In this document: positions 42,076-53,949 of the stretch, one piece after another | How positions within the stretch are numbered: position 1 is the first letter of the stretch | Layout: every line of letters begins with the position of its first letter | Assembly: GCA_963702845.1 (NCBI GenBank) | Contig: OY969763.1 | Span: 512,001-576,000, forward strand | Length of the DNA stretch: 64,000 nt | Direction of reading: 5' to 3' | Origin: an uncultured Verrucomicrobiae bacterium | GTDB taxonomy: Bacteria; Verrucomicrobiota; Verrucomicrobiia; Limisphaerales; Palsa-1400 | Position numbers and translations under genes: made by a program | The notes under the pieces: generated by a model | Seen by the model: only the letters and a program-made list of their open reading frames with translations | Told to the model about the DNA's origin: nothing | Database searches by the model: none

Positions 42076-42177
42076 GCGAACGGAAAATTGGGCATGGCAA
42101 ATGGGAAGCGTGACTGCTCGTTTTACAAAAGTGGCGAGTTTGTCACAAAAGAACGTTACGTTGTGAAATAGAAAACC

Positions 42178-44887
42178 GTGAAACTGAAACAACCGAAAGT
42201 TAAATCGTCCTCCAGTTCGGAACCATGCTGCTTCGCGCCAGTGGAGGCGCGCACTGAACGTCTCGTCAATCGCTCGAAAACGTGCTCGAATATACGCTGA
42301 AAAGCCAAGGCGCGGATCAGGTGAATATTTTCCTGGAGAACCTCGTCGAACGCCTTCAGGCCGAAGGGTTGAAAGTCGCTCCGCCGGTTAACACGCCTTA
42401 CGTCAATACGATCCCGGCCGAGAAAGAACCACAGTATCCCGGCAACCGCGAAATCGAGCGGCGAATAAAGAGTCTCGCGCGTTGGAATGCGATGGCGATG
42501 GTGGTAAATGCAAATCGCAATGACAGCGGCGTCGGTGGTCATATTTCCAGCTATGCTTCGATGGCGACGCTTTACGAAGTCGCCTATAACCATTTTTTCC
42601 GCGGCGGCGACAAAGGGCCCGCTGACTTGATTTATTTCCAAGGCCACACGACTCCCGGTAATTACGCGCGTGCATTTCTCGAATATCGTCTCGATGAAGG
42701 GCATCTGCACAATTTCCGCCATGGAACTGGCTGAAGGCGGCGGTTTGCCATCTTACCCGCATCCGTATTTGATGCCGGATTTCTGGCAATTCCCCACGGT
42801 ATCGATGGGCTTGGGGCCGACTTTGCTCGATTTATCAGGCGCGATTTATCCGTTATCTCAAAGCTCGTGGTTTGCTCAAACCGAACAAGAACCGCGCGTT
42901 TGGGCGTTCATCGGCGATGGCGAAACGGATGAACCGGAAACGCTCGGGTTCGATCAGTTTGGCCGCGCGCGAAAATCTGGACAATTTGACGTGGGTCGTG
43001 AACTGCAACCTGCAACGTCTCGACGGTCCGGTTCGCGGGAATAGCAAGATTATCCAGGAACTCGAAGGCATGTTCCGTGGGGCTGGTTGGAATGTCATCA
43101 AAGTGATTTGGGGTTCGAACTGGGATGAATTGTTCGCTGCGGATAAATCCGGCTTGCTCCTGAAGCGGCTTGATGAGGCGGTGGACGGTGACTTCCAAAA
43201 ATATACCGTCGAACCCGGTAGTTATATTCGTCGCCATTTCTTCGGCAAATATCCCGAGTTGCTGCGAATGGTGGATCATCTCAGCGACGAGCAATTCACG
43301 AAGCTCGTCCGTGGTGGTCATGACCCGAAGCAAGGTTTACGCGGCTTACAAAGCTGCTATGGAACACAAAGGACAGCCGACCGTGATTCTGGCCAAGACC
43401 GTCAAAGGCTACGGCCTCGGTGAAGCGGGCGAAGGTCGCAATATTTCGCATCAGCAGAAAAAGATGAACGAAAAGGAACTGCGCGAGTTCCGCCTTCGTT
43501 TTGACATTCCGATCGGTGACGAAGACGTTGTTGATACGCCGTTCTATCGTCCGCCCAAAGATTCGCCGGAAACAACTTATTTGCTCGAACGCCGGAAAAA
43601 GCTCGGTGGTTTCGTTCCGAAGCGCATCGTTAAAGCCGGAGCCACTGCAGACGCCGCGCAGCTGACTTCGTTCCCAGATTTGCTTAAAGGCAGTGGCGCG
43701 CGTGAAGTCTCCACCACGATCGCATTCGTCGCGATGTTGAATCACCTCGTGCGCGATCCTCACATTGGCCGTCGTGTCGTGCCGATTATTCCCGATGAAG
43801 CCCGCACGTTCGGTATCGACCCGATGTTTGCGCAGATTGGTATTTATTCGTCGAAGGGGCAGCTTTACGAGCCGGTCGATAAAAAAGGCTTGAGCTTCTA
43901 TCACGAGTGCAAAGACGGACAGATTTTGGAAGAAGGCATCACCGAATGCCGGTTCGATGTCCTCGTTTGTCGTCGGCCGGGACTGCTTACGCGAATCACG
44001 GTGTGAACATGATTCCGTTCTTTATTTACTATTCGATGTTCGGTTTCCAACGCGTTGGTGACGAAATCTGGCTGGCTGGCGATTCGCGCTCGAAAGGTTT
44101 CATGCTCGGCGCGACTGCTGGACGGACGACGTTGAACGGCGAAGGATTTACAACACCAAGACGGTCATAGCTTGATGATGGCCAGCACCGTGCCGAATCT
44201 TTTCGCCTACGATCCTGCTTTTGCTTACGAGGTCACCACGATCATCTGCGACGGGATGAAGCGCATGTTTCAGGACGGCGAAGAAAGTTTCTATTATCTG
44301 TGCCTCTACAACGAGAACTACCCGATGCCGCCGATGCCGGCGGTTGCCAGGAAGGCATTCTCAAGGGCCTTTATAAATTCCAGGAAGGCGCACCAGGCAA
44401 GAAGCACAAGGCGCAGATTTTCGGCAGTGGTCCCGATCATCGTTCGGCTTTGAAGGCTCAGCAGATTTTGGCTGAACGTTACGATGTTTCCGCCGATGTC
44501 TGGAGCGCGACCAGCTACAAGAATCTCCGCAACGACGCGTTGCTCTGCGAACGTTGGAACATGTTGCATCCGACCGAAACGGCGAAGAAACCTTACGTTC
44601 AACAGTTGCTCGAAAAAGAAAAAGGGCCGTTCGTTGCCGTGTCGGATTCCATGAAGATCGTTCCCGATCAGATTTCGAAATGGGTTCCCGGTGGTCTCAC
44701 CACGTTGGGCACAGACGGCTTTGGCCGCAGCGAAACGCGCGGTGCATTGCGTCGGTTTTTCGAAATCGATGCTGAGAGCGTGGTGCGTCGCGACCTTGCG
44801 CCAGATCGATCCGAAACTTGCCGCGCAAGCTATCAAAGATTTGAATATTAATCCTGAAAAAGCTTCCCGCAGCTTGCTACCCATTAA
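42178..44887 (+). CDS. aceE: Pyruvate dehydrogenase E1, homodimeric type; multiple frameshifts, start approximate
   Basis: [99 protein letters not shown]. Confidence 0.95.
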
Positions 44888-44890
44888 AAT

Positions 44891-46195
44891 ATGGACGTTA
44901 AATTACCTACATCTCGGCGAAGGCGCCGACTCCGGCACAGTCGTTAACATTTACGTCAAAGAAGGCGACCAGATTGCAAAAGGCCAGAGCATCATTGAAC
45001 TGGAAACTGGCAAAGCCGTCGCGCCTGTGCCGTCTTCTGCAGCTGGCAAGGTGACGAAAGTTCTCGTCGCGGTCGGTGACAAAATTTCTGTCGGTGCGCC
45101 GTTGATTTCTGTCGGCGAAGGGGCGCTGGGGCACCGCTCCCGCTGCGGCAAACCCGCTGCTCCCGCTAAGGCCGCTTCGGTTCGTGCAACAGTTGCTCCC
45201 GCAGCTGCACCAGTAGCGGAAATGGACGAACCATGGAAGTCGAGGCTGACGAAGCCGATGCCGGGCGCTACCGCCAGCCGCTTCGCCTACGATTCGCCGC
45301 ATCGCGCGCGAACTCGGCATCGACCTGCGCAAAATTCGCGGCAGCGAATCCGGCGGCCGTATCGTCATGGCCGACGTCCGCGCTTACGTCCAACGCTTGC
45401 AACGAGTCGCTGCTCAGCCTCGCGCCGCCGCCGCCGTGCACCTGCAGCGCCGGCGAAGAAAATTGAATCGATTGATTTCTCGAAGTGGGGCCCGGTCGCT
45501 GAAGAAGCCGATGACGCCACTGCGCAAGGTCATCAGCCAACGCATGGCCGAAAGTTGGAACGCAGTTCCGCGCGTCACGCAGTTCGACGAAGCCGATCTC
45601 ACTGTTGTCACCGATCTTCGCAAAAAATACGCCGAGGTTTACGACAAGAAGGGCGCGAAACTCACGCTGACTAGCTTTGCGATCAAAGTTGTCGTCGATG
45701 CGTTGAAGAAGCATCCGATTTTCAACACCAGCCTCGACGAAGCCGCTGGCGACATCATTTACAAGGAATACGTTCACGTCGGTGTTGCCGTGGATACCGA
45801 CCAAGGGTCTAATCGTTCCGGTGATTCGCGATGCGGACACCAAAGACATGGTTCGCCTTTCCAAAGAACTGAACGACCTCGCGACCAAAACTCGCGAGCG
45901 CAAAATCGGCATCGAAGAATTGCAAGGCGGTTCGTTTACGATTTCAAACCAGGGCGGCATCGGCGGCGCTCATTTCACGCCGATCATTAACAAGCCTGAA
46001 GTCGCCATTCTCGGTATCGGCCGTGGTTCTTTGAAGCCAGTCGTTCGCGAAGGCAAAATCGAGCCGCGCCTGATGTTACCGTTGACTCTCGCTTACGATC
46101 ATCGCGTCATCGACGGCGGCAACGCTGTGCGTTTCATGCTCGAGATCGTTAAGGGCTTTGAAAAATTCAGCGAAGCTGCAGTAAAGATTTCCTAA
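44891..46195 (+). CDS. aceF: Dihydrolipoamide acetyltransferase E2, frameshifted
   Basis: Lipoyl domain ELETGKA, E3-binding domain, catalytic FTISNQGGIGG..FTPII and YDHRVIDG. Confidence 0.92.
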
Positions 46196-46198
46196 CAC

Positions 46199-47626
46199 AT
46201 GGATCCGATCAAAACAGATATCGTTGTCCTCGGCGCTGGTCCCGGCGGATATGCCGCGGCATTTTATGCCGCTGACATGGGCAAAAAAGTTCTGCTCGTC
46301 GAACAAGATAAACGCCTCGGCGGCGTGTGCCTCAATCGCGGTTGCATTCCGTCGAAAGCATTGCTCCACGCCACGCATTTGTTCGGCGACGCCCGCGAAT
46401 CCGCTCATCGCGGCATCGTGTTCAGTGAACCGCAAATCGATTTGGAAAAACTTCGCGCGTGGAAAAATTCCGTGGTTGAAAAACTTTCTGGCGGTATCGG
46501 TTTCCTGGCGAAAAAGCGCGGCGTGCAAGTGCTCTACGGACGCGGCTACTTCGAAGATTCGAAAACATTGCGCGTTGAAACCGCTGAAGGCCAGCAATTC
46601 GTAAATTACGAAAAGTGTATTGTTGCCGTTGGTTCCAAGGCCGCGTTGCCTAAAGTGTTTGATCTCGGCAATCCGCGCATCATGACTTCGACCGAGAGCT
46701 TTGGAAGTCGAAGAAATTCCCGAAGACCTGCTCGTCGTTGGCGGCGGTTATATTGGCATGGAACTCGGCACCGTCTACGCGAATCTCGGCAGCAAAGTGG
46801 TTGTCGTTGAAATGCTCGACACCATTCTGGCCGGCGCAGATTCCGACCTCGCCCGCCCAGTGCATGAAATACGCGGAGAAGAATTTTCGCGAACTTCGTT
46901 TCAAAACGAAAGTCGTTGAAATGTCGACCAAGGGCAAAAAAGTGCGCGTCGTTACCGAAGGTCCCGATAAAGTTAAAAAAGAAGAACTTTACGATCGCGT
47001 GCTTGTGTCGATTGGTCGCACGCCAAATTGCCGCGATCTCGGCTTGGAAAACACCAAGGTCGAGCAGGATGAAAAAGGCTTTATCAAAGTTAACGAGAAG
47101 CAGGAGACAACTGACCCTTACATCATGGCCATCGGCGACATCGCTGGCGGCGTCATGCTGGCGCATAAGGCTTCCAAAGAAGCGCGCGTCGCCATCGAGG
47201 CGATTTTCGGTGAAGAAAGCACCTCGGAAGGTGTCGTAATTCCCGCGGTTGTTTTCACTCATCCCGAAGTCGCCTGGTGCGGTTTGACCGAATCCGAAGC
47301 GAAGGCAAAAGGCATCCATGTCGAGGTCGCGAAATTTCCTTGGGGCGCTTCCGGTCGCGCGTATGACCTTTGATAAACCGGAAGGTTTAACGAAGCTGAT
47401 CATTGACCCTGAAACCGAACGCGTTCTCGGAGTTGGAATTGTCGGTCACGGGGCAGGGGAACTCATCGCCGAAGGCGTGCTCGCCGTCGAAATGGGTGCC
47501 ACCGCGCAAGACCTCGCTGAGACAGTGCACCCGCATCCGACCCTTTCGGAGACGATGATGGAGTCCGCGGAAGTTTTCTACGGTCACCCGACTCACACGC
47601 TCGCGCCCAAAAAACGCGAGGAGTAA
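46199..47626 (+). CDS. lpdA: Dihydrolipoamide dehydrogenase E3, frameshifted
   Basis: [36 protein letters not shown]. Confidence 0.95.
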
Positions 47627-47627
47627 T

Positions 47628-48536
47628 TTATTTCTGTCCCAGATAACGCACTGCGTTCTCCACAATTTTGCGGGGAATCGGTTGTGTGAGGATGGGATAT
47701 GTTTCGTGTCCTGGGCGGAAATAGAAAATTTTACCTTTTCCTAATGTCCAAAGACAGCCGGCAGGAAAGGTTTCGTTCGTATCCCATTTTTCGTCGAAGA
47801 TTTGTGCATCTGGTTTAGGCACGTGAAACGGGCCAGCGTAAACTTCTGTCTGGGGAATATCAAACGTCTTCGGAACACCGCGCGCAATCGGATGGTCGGG
47901 CAACAACGTAGTGATGTGACTCGGTTTGCCATCGTTGTGAACGCCGGGAAACACGCAACTAGGCAACTTCACTTCTAAAACATCCTCACCGTTTGGACCG
48001 TTGATGCGTTTAGTCCACGGGGTTAAAGGCCCGTTCGCCGGTGCCAATCCGCCGAGGTCAGGCGGGTTAATTTGCAGCTTAACTTTCGACCGTTCATCCG
48101 CCGGAACAGAAGCAATCGCATCAGCAATCGCCTTTTGCCCATCGAATCAATAAAAACCTTCGACCAATGCGCCGAGTGCAGCGCGATCAAATTTAATTTC
48201 CCGGCGATGATCCGTTTCACGATGTCGTGCACGTGCTCGTCTTTTACCTCGCCATGCCGCTGGTGCCCCCACCAGATGAGGACATCGCAATTGTCGAGGG
48301 TCGCCGCCGAAAGCCCTTGGTCCGGATCATCCAGGCGCACGGACTTCACTGTGACTCCGGGCTCTTTCGACAAATAATCCGCAATGGCATTGCCCAAGAA
48401 AGTTTGTATAGGCCTTCTTTTGCGCCGGCTGCGCTTCGTCCCAGACGACGACTCGAATTGGTCGCGCCGCCATCGTGCCAAGGACGACTAAAAAGAAAGC
48501 GACAATCGCGACGAATCTGCGGCAGGTAGAAATCAT
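47628..48536 (-). CDS. ThuA-like (trehalose utilisation, class I GATase-fold) secreted protein, frameshifted
   Basis: IRVVVWDE, DVLIWWGH..H, LIALHSAHWSK, FYFRPGHETYP. Confidence 0.85.
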
Positions 48537-48594
48537 ATTTGCATCTTATTCGTCGGGCTTTGCGCGTCGATAAAATAGTGGTATCAGTGCTTTC

Positions 48595-49152
48595 ATGATC
48601 AGACCGTGGCCAAAAAAATCTTCCAAATTCCTCGGCGACTTCCGCGTCTTCAAAGTGCGCTCTGACGAAAAAATTTCACCGCGCACAAATGAGGTGCATG
48701 AAATGTTCGTCCTCGAATCGCCCGACTGGGTGAACGTCATCCCGATTACCACCGATGGCCAAATGGTGCTGGTCGAACAATACCGCCAAGGCTCGGACAC
48801 AGTCGAACTCGAAGTCCCCGGCGGCGTGATGGACAAAACCGACAAATCTCCCGTTGAAACTGCCTGCCGCGAATTGAAGGAAGAAACCGGCTACGAAGGT
48901 GACAACGCGCGCGTCATCGGCAAAGTGTTTCCAAACCCCGCCATCATGAGCAACTCGTCCTACACCGTGCTCGTGGAGAATTGCCGATGCGTTTGTGAGG
49001 TGAATTTTGACAGCGGAGAGGACATAATCACCCGACTTGTTGATCCGGCGAGCATTCCTAAGTTAGTCGCAGAGAACAAGATACGTCATTCCATCGTCAT
49101 CGCTGCCCTCTATCATTACGAGCTCTACAGAGATTTAAAAAATTTTAAATAA
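48595..49152 (+). CDS. NUDIX hydrolase (ADP-ribose pyrophosphatase-like)
   Basis: QYR, EVPGG...ACRELKEETG Nudix box. Confidence 0.93.
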   Translation: MIRPWPKKSSKFLGDFRVFKVRSDEKISPRTNEVHEMFVLESPDWVNVIPITTDGQMVLVEQYRQGSDTVELEVPGGVMDKTDKSPVETACRELKEETGYEGDNARVIGKVFPNPAIMSNSSYTVLVENCRCVCEVNFDSGEDIITRLVDPASIPKLVAENKIRHSIVIAALYHYELYRDLKNFK

Positions 49153-49157
49153 TTTTT

Positions 49158-49182
49158 CACTTGGACAGCCTTTGTCCAAGTG
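49158..49182. promoter_or_regulatory. Perfect inverted repeat, operator-like
   Basis: CACTTGGACA-gcctt-TGTCCAAGTG, 20 nt upstream of the ATG at 49203. Confidence 0.55.
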
Positions 49183-49202
49183 AGGTTTGTAGAGTTGTTG
49201 GC

Positions 49203-49409
49203 ATGATTACTACAAATCAGATGGAATTAGGTTTCGAGCAACAGCAACTTTCCGCCAACGGCCGCGCGCGCCACAGCAGCCGCCAGACTCGCGCCGATTG
49301 GTGGTTCAGGCAGATGCGCCGCGTAGTTGACCTCGCGATGGAATGGCGTCCGGCACCTCGCGCGCGCCATCAACAATCCTACATGGTCCTCTCCGCTCGC
49401 CAGTCCTGA
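49203..49409 (+). CDS. Small hypothetical protein (68 aa)
   Basis: QMELGF...RADWWFRQMRRVVD.A.EW.PAP; protein-like and fills the intergenic gap. Confidence 0.65.
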   Translation: MITTNQMELGFEQQQLSANGRARHSSRQTRADWWFRQMRRVVDLAMEWRPAPRARHQQSYMVLSARQS

Positions 49410-49476
49410 GCACACAAAGGGCGATGGTTGGACGTGCATTGTCCAACCATCGCCCGGAACTTTTGAAACGTTGCGA

Positions 49477-50511
49477 CTATTTCCCCAACAGATGCTCAAT
49501 GACCATCTGGTCGAGATTCTGATAATCGCGATTCACGATGAGCTTCTTGGCTGCGGCGTCGTCGAACGACCGCGCCTTCTCGACCAATCGCAAAAATGTT
49601 TTGCGGCTGTTATCGAGGTGAGCGAGCCAATGCTCCGGCTTCGTCGTGCGGAACGGATGCACGTCGAAACAAACGTATTCGCCGTTTTTGCCGTATCCAT
49701 TTCGTTCAAGAGCGCGCACTTGGTTGAACGCTGAACGGAGATTGGTGCTGCCGAATGGCTTGTCCTGGTCGAACTTCAAACCGTTCTGATCGTTCAGGTG
49801 CAACGACCACAATTTCCCAAACGCCATCGCAAAATCGATTTCATCTGCGGGGTCCAAACCAGCCAAAATCGCATGCGCCGATTCGATCAAACAACCAACG
49901 CGTTTTGGGTCGCGAGTGAGCTGCGCGATCGCGAGAGCGTGACCAATCGTTGGAATGTAAGCGTGATCCATCGGCTCATTCGGTTTCGGTTCGATCGACA
50001 ACCGAACCTTTTTATCGGCAGCCAACATCTTGTCGAACGCCTCAACCAACAAATCAACGCTGCGACGGCCGTTCTTGGCTTCACGCAGGTATGTGCCTTC
50101 CCGTGCCAGCCAAAGAACCAGCAAGTCGGTCCCGAGAATTTTTCCGATTTCGATACAGCGCAGAGAACGATCGATTGCGTATTGGCGATGCTTCGGATCA
50201 TTGCTGGTGTAAGCACCGTCGATGGTGTTCGGCGAAAACCAAAGTCTCGGCGCGGTCATTTCCGCCGCGACGCCCGCGTCGTCCAATTTCTTCTTTAGCT
50301 CCTTCGCTTCCTTGCGAATCTGCGCGTCCGACTTTCCATCGATATCCGGTACCGCGTCATCGTCGTGAAACATCATCGCGTCGAACCCGAGCTTCTTCAG
50401 CGCACCAAGCTTCCAATCAAAATCCTGCGCGGGACGCGTGGTCGGCCCGTAAGGATCCTGACCTTCGCTGATGTTCCACGGGCCGAAACAAAATTTATAA
50501 CGTGTGGGCAT
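49477..50511 (-). CDS. xylA: Xylose isomerase-like TIM barrel (short class I type)
   Basis: FGPWN, FHDDD, W..REG, IEPKPNEP, E.AH, HLNDQ...FDQD. Confidence 0.75.
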   Translation of the reverse strand: MPTRYKFCFGPWNISEGQDPYGPTTRPAQDFDWKLGALKKLGFDAMMFHDDDAVPDIDGKSDAQIRKEAKELKKKLDDAGVAAEMTAPRLWFSPNTIDGAYTSNDPKHRQYAIDRSLRCIEIGKILGTDLLVLWLAREGTYLREAKNGRRSVDLLVEAFDKMLAADKKVRLSIEPKPNEPMDHAYIPTIGHALAIAQLTRDPKRVGCLIESAHAILAGLDPADEIDFAMAFGKLWSLHLNDQNGLKFDQDKPFGSTNLRSAFNQVRALERNGYGKNGEYVCFDVHPFRTTKPEHWLAHLDNSRKTFLRLVEKARSFDDAAAKKLIVNRDYQNLDQMVIEHLLGK

Positions 50512-50568
50512 AATTCAATTCCAAATTAATTGTTCAAAGTTCAAGGTCGACGCGCTAATCTCCGCGCA

Positions 50569-51935
50569 ATGACCAACAGACTGACGACGCTGCTTATTTT
50601 GCTTTTCGCCGTGCTTGCGGCAAGCGCCAAATCGCCAAACATCATTATCATTCTCGACGATGACCTTGGCTTCGGCGACCTCGGCTGCTACGGCAATCCA
50701 AGTATCAACACTCCAAATCTCGACCGCATGGCAGCCGAAGGCCTGCGCTTCACCGAATATTACGCGCCGCACAATCTCTGCACCCCCAGCCGCGCCGCGC
50801 TGCTCACCGGACGGCTCGCGTTGCGTAGCGGCATGCAAGGCAGCGAAAAACATCACGTCCTTTATCCGAACAATACCGGGCGGCCTTCCCGAAAGCGAAA
50901 TCACCATCGCCCGCGCGCTCAAGACCGCCGGTTACAGCCACTTGTGCAATCGGCAAATGGCACCTTGGCTGTTTGCCGCAATACCTGCCGACCAGTCACG
51001 GCTTCGATTACTTCTTCGGCCTCCCATATTCCAACGACATGGACACGTCCAGCGCGAAAGTCCGCAACCAGGACAGCGACGGTCAACATCCCGACTGGCA
51101 TCATTTCAACGTCCCATTGATGCGCGGCACCAACATAATCGAACGCCCTGCCAATCAGGAAACCCTCACTCAACGCTACACGGACGAAGCGGTTAAGTTC
51201 GTGCGCGACCATCGCAAAAAACCGTTCTTCATGTATTTCGCGCATACTTTCCCGCACGTGCCGCTTTTTGCCTCCGACAAATTCAAAGGCAAAAGCAAGC
51301 GCGGTCTCTTCGGCGACACTGTTGAAGAAATGGACTGGAGCGTCGGTGAACTCTTGCGCACGTTGCGCGAAGAAAAAATCGCTGATAACACATTTGTCTT
51401 CTTCACCAGCGACAATGGTCCTTGGCTAATCCGAAAACTCAATGGCGGTAGCGCCGGCCTGTTGCGCGACGGCAAAGGCGGCACTTGGGACGGAGGCCAT
51501 CACGTGCCAGCAATCGCATGGTGGCCTGGCAAAATCAAACCCGGTGTCACGAGCGAAGTTGCTTCGGGACTGGACCTCTTCACCACATCGCTCGCCTTAG
51601 CTGGCGTTCAGCAACCGACTGATCGCGTCATTGACGGCCTCGACATGCGCCCGCTGCTCTTCGACGGAAAATCGCAACGCGATACCATCTTCTTCTACGC
51701 CGGGCCAGACCTTCGAGCCGTCCGGCACAATAACTACAAGGCGCACTATATTACTCAGGATGGCTACAGCAAAGACCCACCGGTGATACACAATCCTCCT
51801 TTGCTAATGGAAGTCGACCAGGACCCGAGCGAAAAGTTCGACATGACCAAAGACCATCCCGAAGAACTCAAAGCCATCGAGCGCATCGTCAATATGCACA
51901 AAGCCGTGATGGTTCCGGGGAAACCACAATACTAA
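50569..51935 (+). CDS. Arylsulfatase (formylglycine-dependent), frameshifts near 50880-50970
   Basis: [47 protein letters not shown]. Confidence 0.92.
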
Positions 51936-51936
51936 C

Positions 51937-52803
51937 ATGAGTCTGGAAATTCCTGGTCGCGTAAAACTCTCCACCGGCAACGGCGATCTGCCAAAGGTCG
52001 CCATCACATCGGACTGGAGCACTGCAGAAATTTATCTACACGGCGCGCACGTCACTCACTTCCAAAAGAACGGCGAACCCCCGGTTCTTTTCATGAGCCA
52101 GAAGAGCCGCTTCCAACACGACTCACCTATTCGTGGCGGCATCCCGATCATTCTGCCGTGGTTCGGTTCGCGCGAGGGCCATCTCGCTCACGGGTTCGCT
52201 CGTTTGCAGGAATGGGAAATATCCGACACCTCCGAAAATAAAGGTGCCGTAAAAACCCATTTCACGATGCCGAACTGTCAGGCTGCCGCAGAATTCCCAC
52301 CATTCGCCATCGAGTTCGTCGTGACCGTCGCCCAGTCGCTAACCTGTGAACTCCTCATTACCAATAAATCTCAGCAAAACTTCACCTTCGAAGACTGTCT
52401 CCACACCTATTTTCAAATCGGCGATGTCAGCCAGATTTCCGTCACCGGTCTGAAAGGCGCAGCTTATCTCGACCAAATGGAAAACTTCGCCCGCAAAACC
52501 GAAACCAACGACCAAATCAAAATTACCGGCGAAACCGACCGCATCTATCTCAACACCGAATCCACCGTTGAAATCCACGACGCAGAACTAAAGCGCCGCA
52601 TTCGCATCGCAAAGTCCGGCTCCCACTCCACGGTCCTTTGGAACCCCTGGATCGACAAATCCAAACGCATGCCCGATTTCGGCGACGAAGAATTTCACCA
52701 CATGGTCTGCGTCGAATCCTGCAACGTCTCCGAAAACAAACGCACGCTCGCCCCCGGCCAAACGTCGTCTCTCAAAATCGACTTAAGCACCATTCTGTTG
52801 TAA
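51937..52803 (+). CDS. D-hexose-6-phosphate mutarotase (YeaD-like)
   Basis: GAHVT, IRGGIP...PWFG, HGFAR, LHTYF, DRIY, LWNPW, MVCVE. Confidence 0.93.
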   Translation: MSLEIPGRVKLSTGNGDLPKVAITSDWSTAEIYLHGAHVTHFQKNGEPPVLFMSQKSRFQHDSPIRGGIPIILPWFGSREGHLAHGFARLQEWEISDTSENKGAVKTHFTMPNCQAAAEFPPFAIEFVVTVAQSLTCELLITNKSQQNFTFEDCLHTYFQIGDVSQISVTGLKGAAYLDQMENFARKTETNDQIKITGETDRIYLNTESTVEIHDAELKRRIRIAKSGSHSTVLWNPWIDKSKRMPDFGDEEFHHMVCVESCNVSENKRTLAPGQTSSLKIDLSTILL

Positions 52804-52854
52804 GAAATAGTTCATCTTGTTCGAGATCGCCGCTAAAACACGCCCACACCGCTC

Positions 52855-53175
52855 ATGAAAAGCATCGCCCAGCTCAATCCCGATTCGGCCGCCAATCTGA
52901 CGGAGTGGTTGAAACAGGAGCAAATCCCTTGCGAAACCAAAACCGCTATCGACGAAGGAGGACTTGAAGTAGTAGACGTTCTCGTTGCAGACGAAGATTT
53001 CGACCGCGCGTGCGACGCCGCCGAAAAATGGGACGCCGCGATGCAGGCCGAGCGAGAAAAAAAATCGACCCGCAAATGCGACCAATGCGGCTCTAACCAA
53101 CTCGAAACCGTTCCTCACGACACCCTGGAAATGGTCCTCCGTTGCAAAGCCTGTGGAACCCTCATGCCGCTCTGA
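52855..53175 (+). CDS. Hypothetical protein with DUF2007-like N-terminus and C-terminal zinc ribbon
   Basis: VLVADEDFDRA; CDQC...CKAC. Confidence 0.7.
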   Translation: MKSIAQLNPDSAANLTEWLKQEQIPCETKTAIDEGGLEVVDVLVADEDFDRACDAAEKWDAAMQAEREKKSTRKCDQCGSNQLETVPHDTLEMVLRCKACGTLMPL

Positions 53176-53197
53176 TTTCGGCAAATTATCAACTCGG

Positions 53198-53271
53198 TCT
53201 GCGCATCTCCGCCTCTTTGCTTCTTTGCGGCTTTGTGTTGAACTCCGACTCACCGACTTACCCACTTACCG
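53198..53271. repeat. Short 8-bp-period intergenic repeats
   Basis: tctccgcc/tctttgct/tctttgcg/gctttgtg, then actcaccg/acttaccc/acttaccg. Confidence 0.5.
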
Positions 53272-53370
53272 TTCCCTTGCTGCCTTGGCAGTAAGATCCG
53301 ACTATAAATCTGCGACCATTTTATAACTGACATCCCCCTGAACCTCCCTCAACATACTGATGTAAAGCAT

Positions 53371-53934
53371 ATGGTATTTTTCATTTATCTGGGATGCCTC
53401 GGCTTTGGACTGCTTTTCACTATTCTGACTGCCGTCCTTGGCCACCTCTTCGGCGGCTTGGATCATCATGTCGATGTTGGCACCCACGGCCATGTTGACG
53501 CCGGCTTCAGCGATACCGGTATGCCCGGAGTTTCGATTTTCAGTCCGGTAGTAATCTGTTCGTTTGTCACTGCTTTCGGCGCGTTTGGAATGGTTTTCTA
53601 TAATATTGAAAGCACCAAAAGCGTTTGGCTCAACGCTCCGCTCGCGGCTGCTTGCGGACTGATTGTAGCGGCTGGCGCATTTTTCATGTTCAACGCCATC
53701 TTCGAGAGAACCCAGGCTTCGAGCGAAGTTCGCATCGGTTCACTTGTGGGCAAAAACGCCACCGTCATCAGTCCGATCCCCGCCAATGGCTTCGGCGAAA
53801 TCGCATACGTCAGTGGCGGCACACGCTGCACCGCTCCCGCCCGCGAACAAAACGGCGTGCCTGTTGCCAATGGGCAGACCGTCAAAATTACACGCGTCGG
53901 CGAATCCCAGTTTTTTGTCTCCTTAGTTTCGTAA
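53371..53934 (+). CDS. NfeD-like membrane protein (flotillin partner)
   Basis: Hydrophobic N-terminus with His-rich loop; C-terminal OB-fold LVGK.ATVISPIP..GFGEI; directly upstream of flotillin. Confidence 0.85.
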   Translation: MVFFIYLGCLGFGLLFTILTAVLGHLFGGLDHHVDVGTHGHVDAGFSDTGMPGVSIFSPVVICSFVTAFGAFGMVFYNIESTKSVWLNAPLAAACGLIVAAGAFFMFNAIFERTQASSEVRIGSLVGKNATVISPIPANGFGEIAYVSGGTRCTAPAREQNGVPVANGQTVKITRVGESQFFVSLVS

Positions 53935-53949
53935 TCCAACAACAACGAT

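Noticed and set aside
42143..42166. tcacaa-N12-ttgtga inverted repeat upstream of aceE as a regulator site
   Set aside because: Only 6-bp arms, and I cannot match the arrangement to a specific known operator.
42178..47626. Pseudogenised pyruvate dehydrogenase operon or programmed frameshifting
   Set aside because: Indels are scattered across many unrelated neighbouring genes with intact motifs; sequencing error is the simpler explanation.
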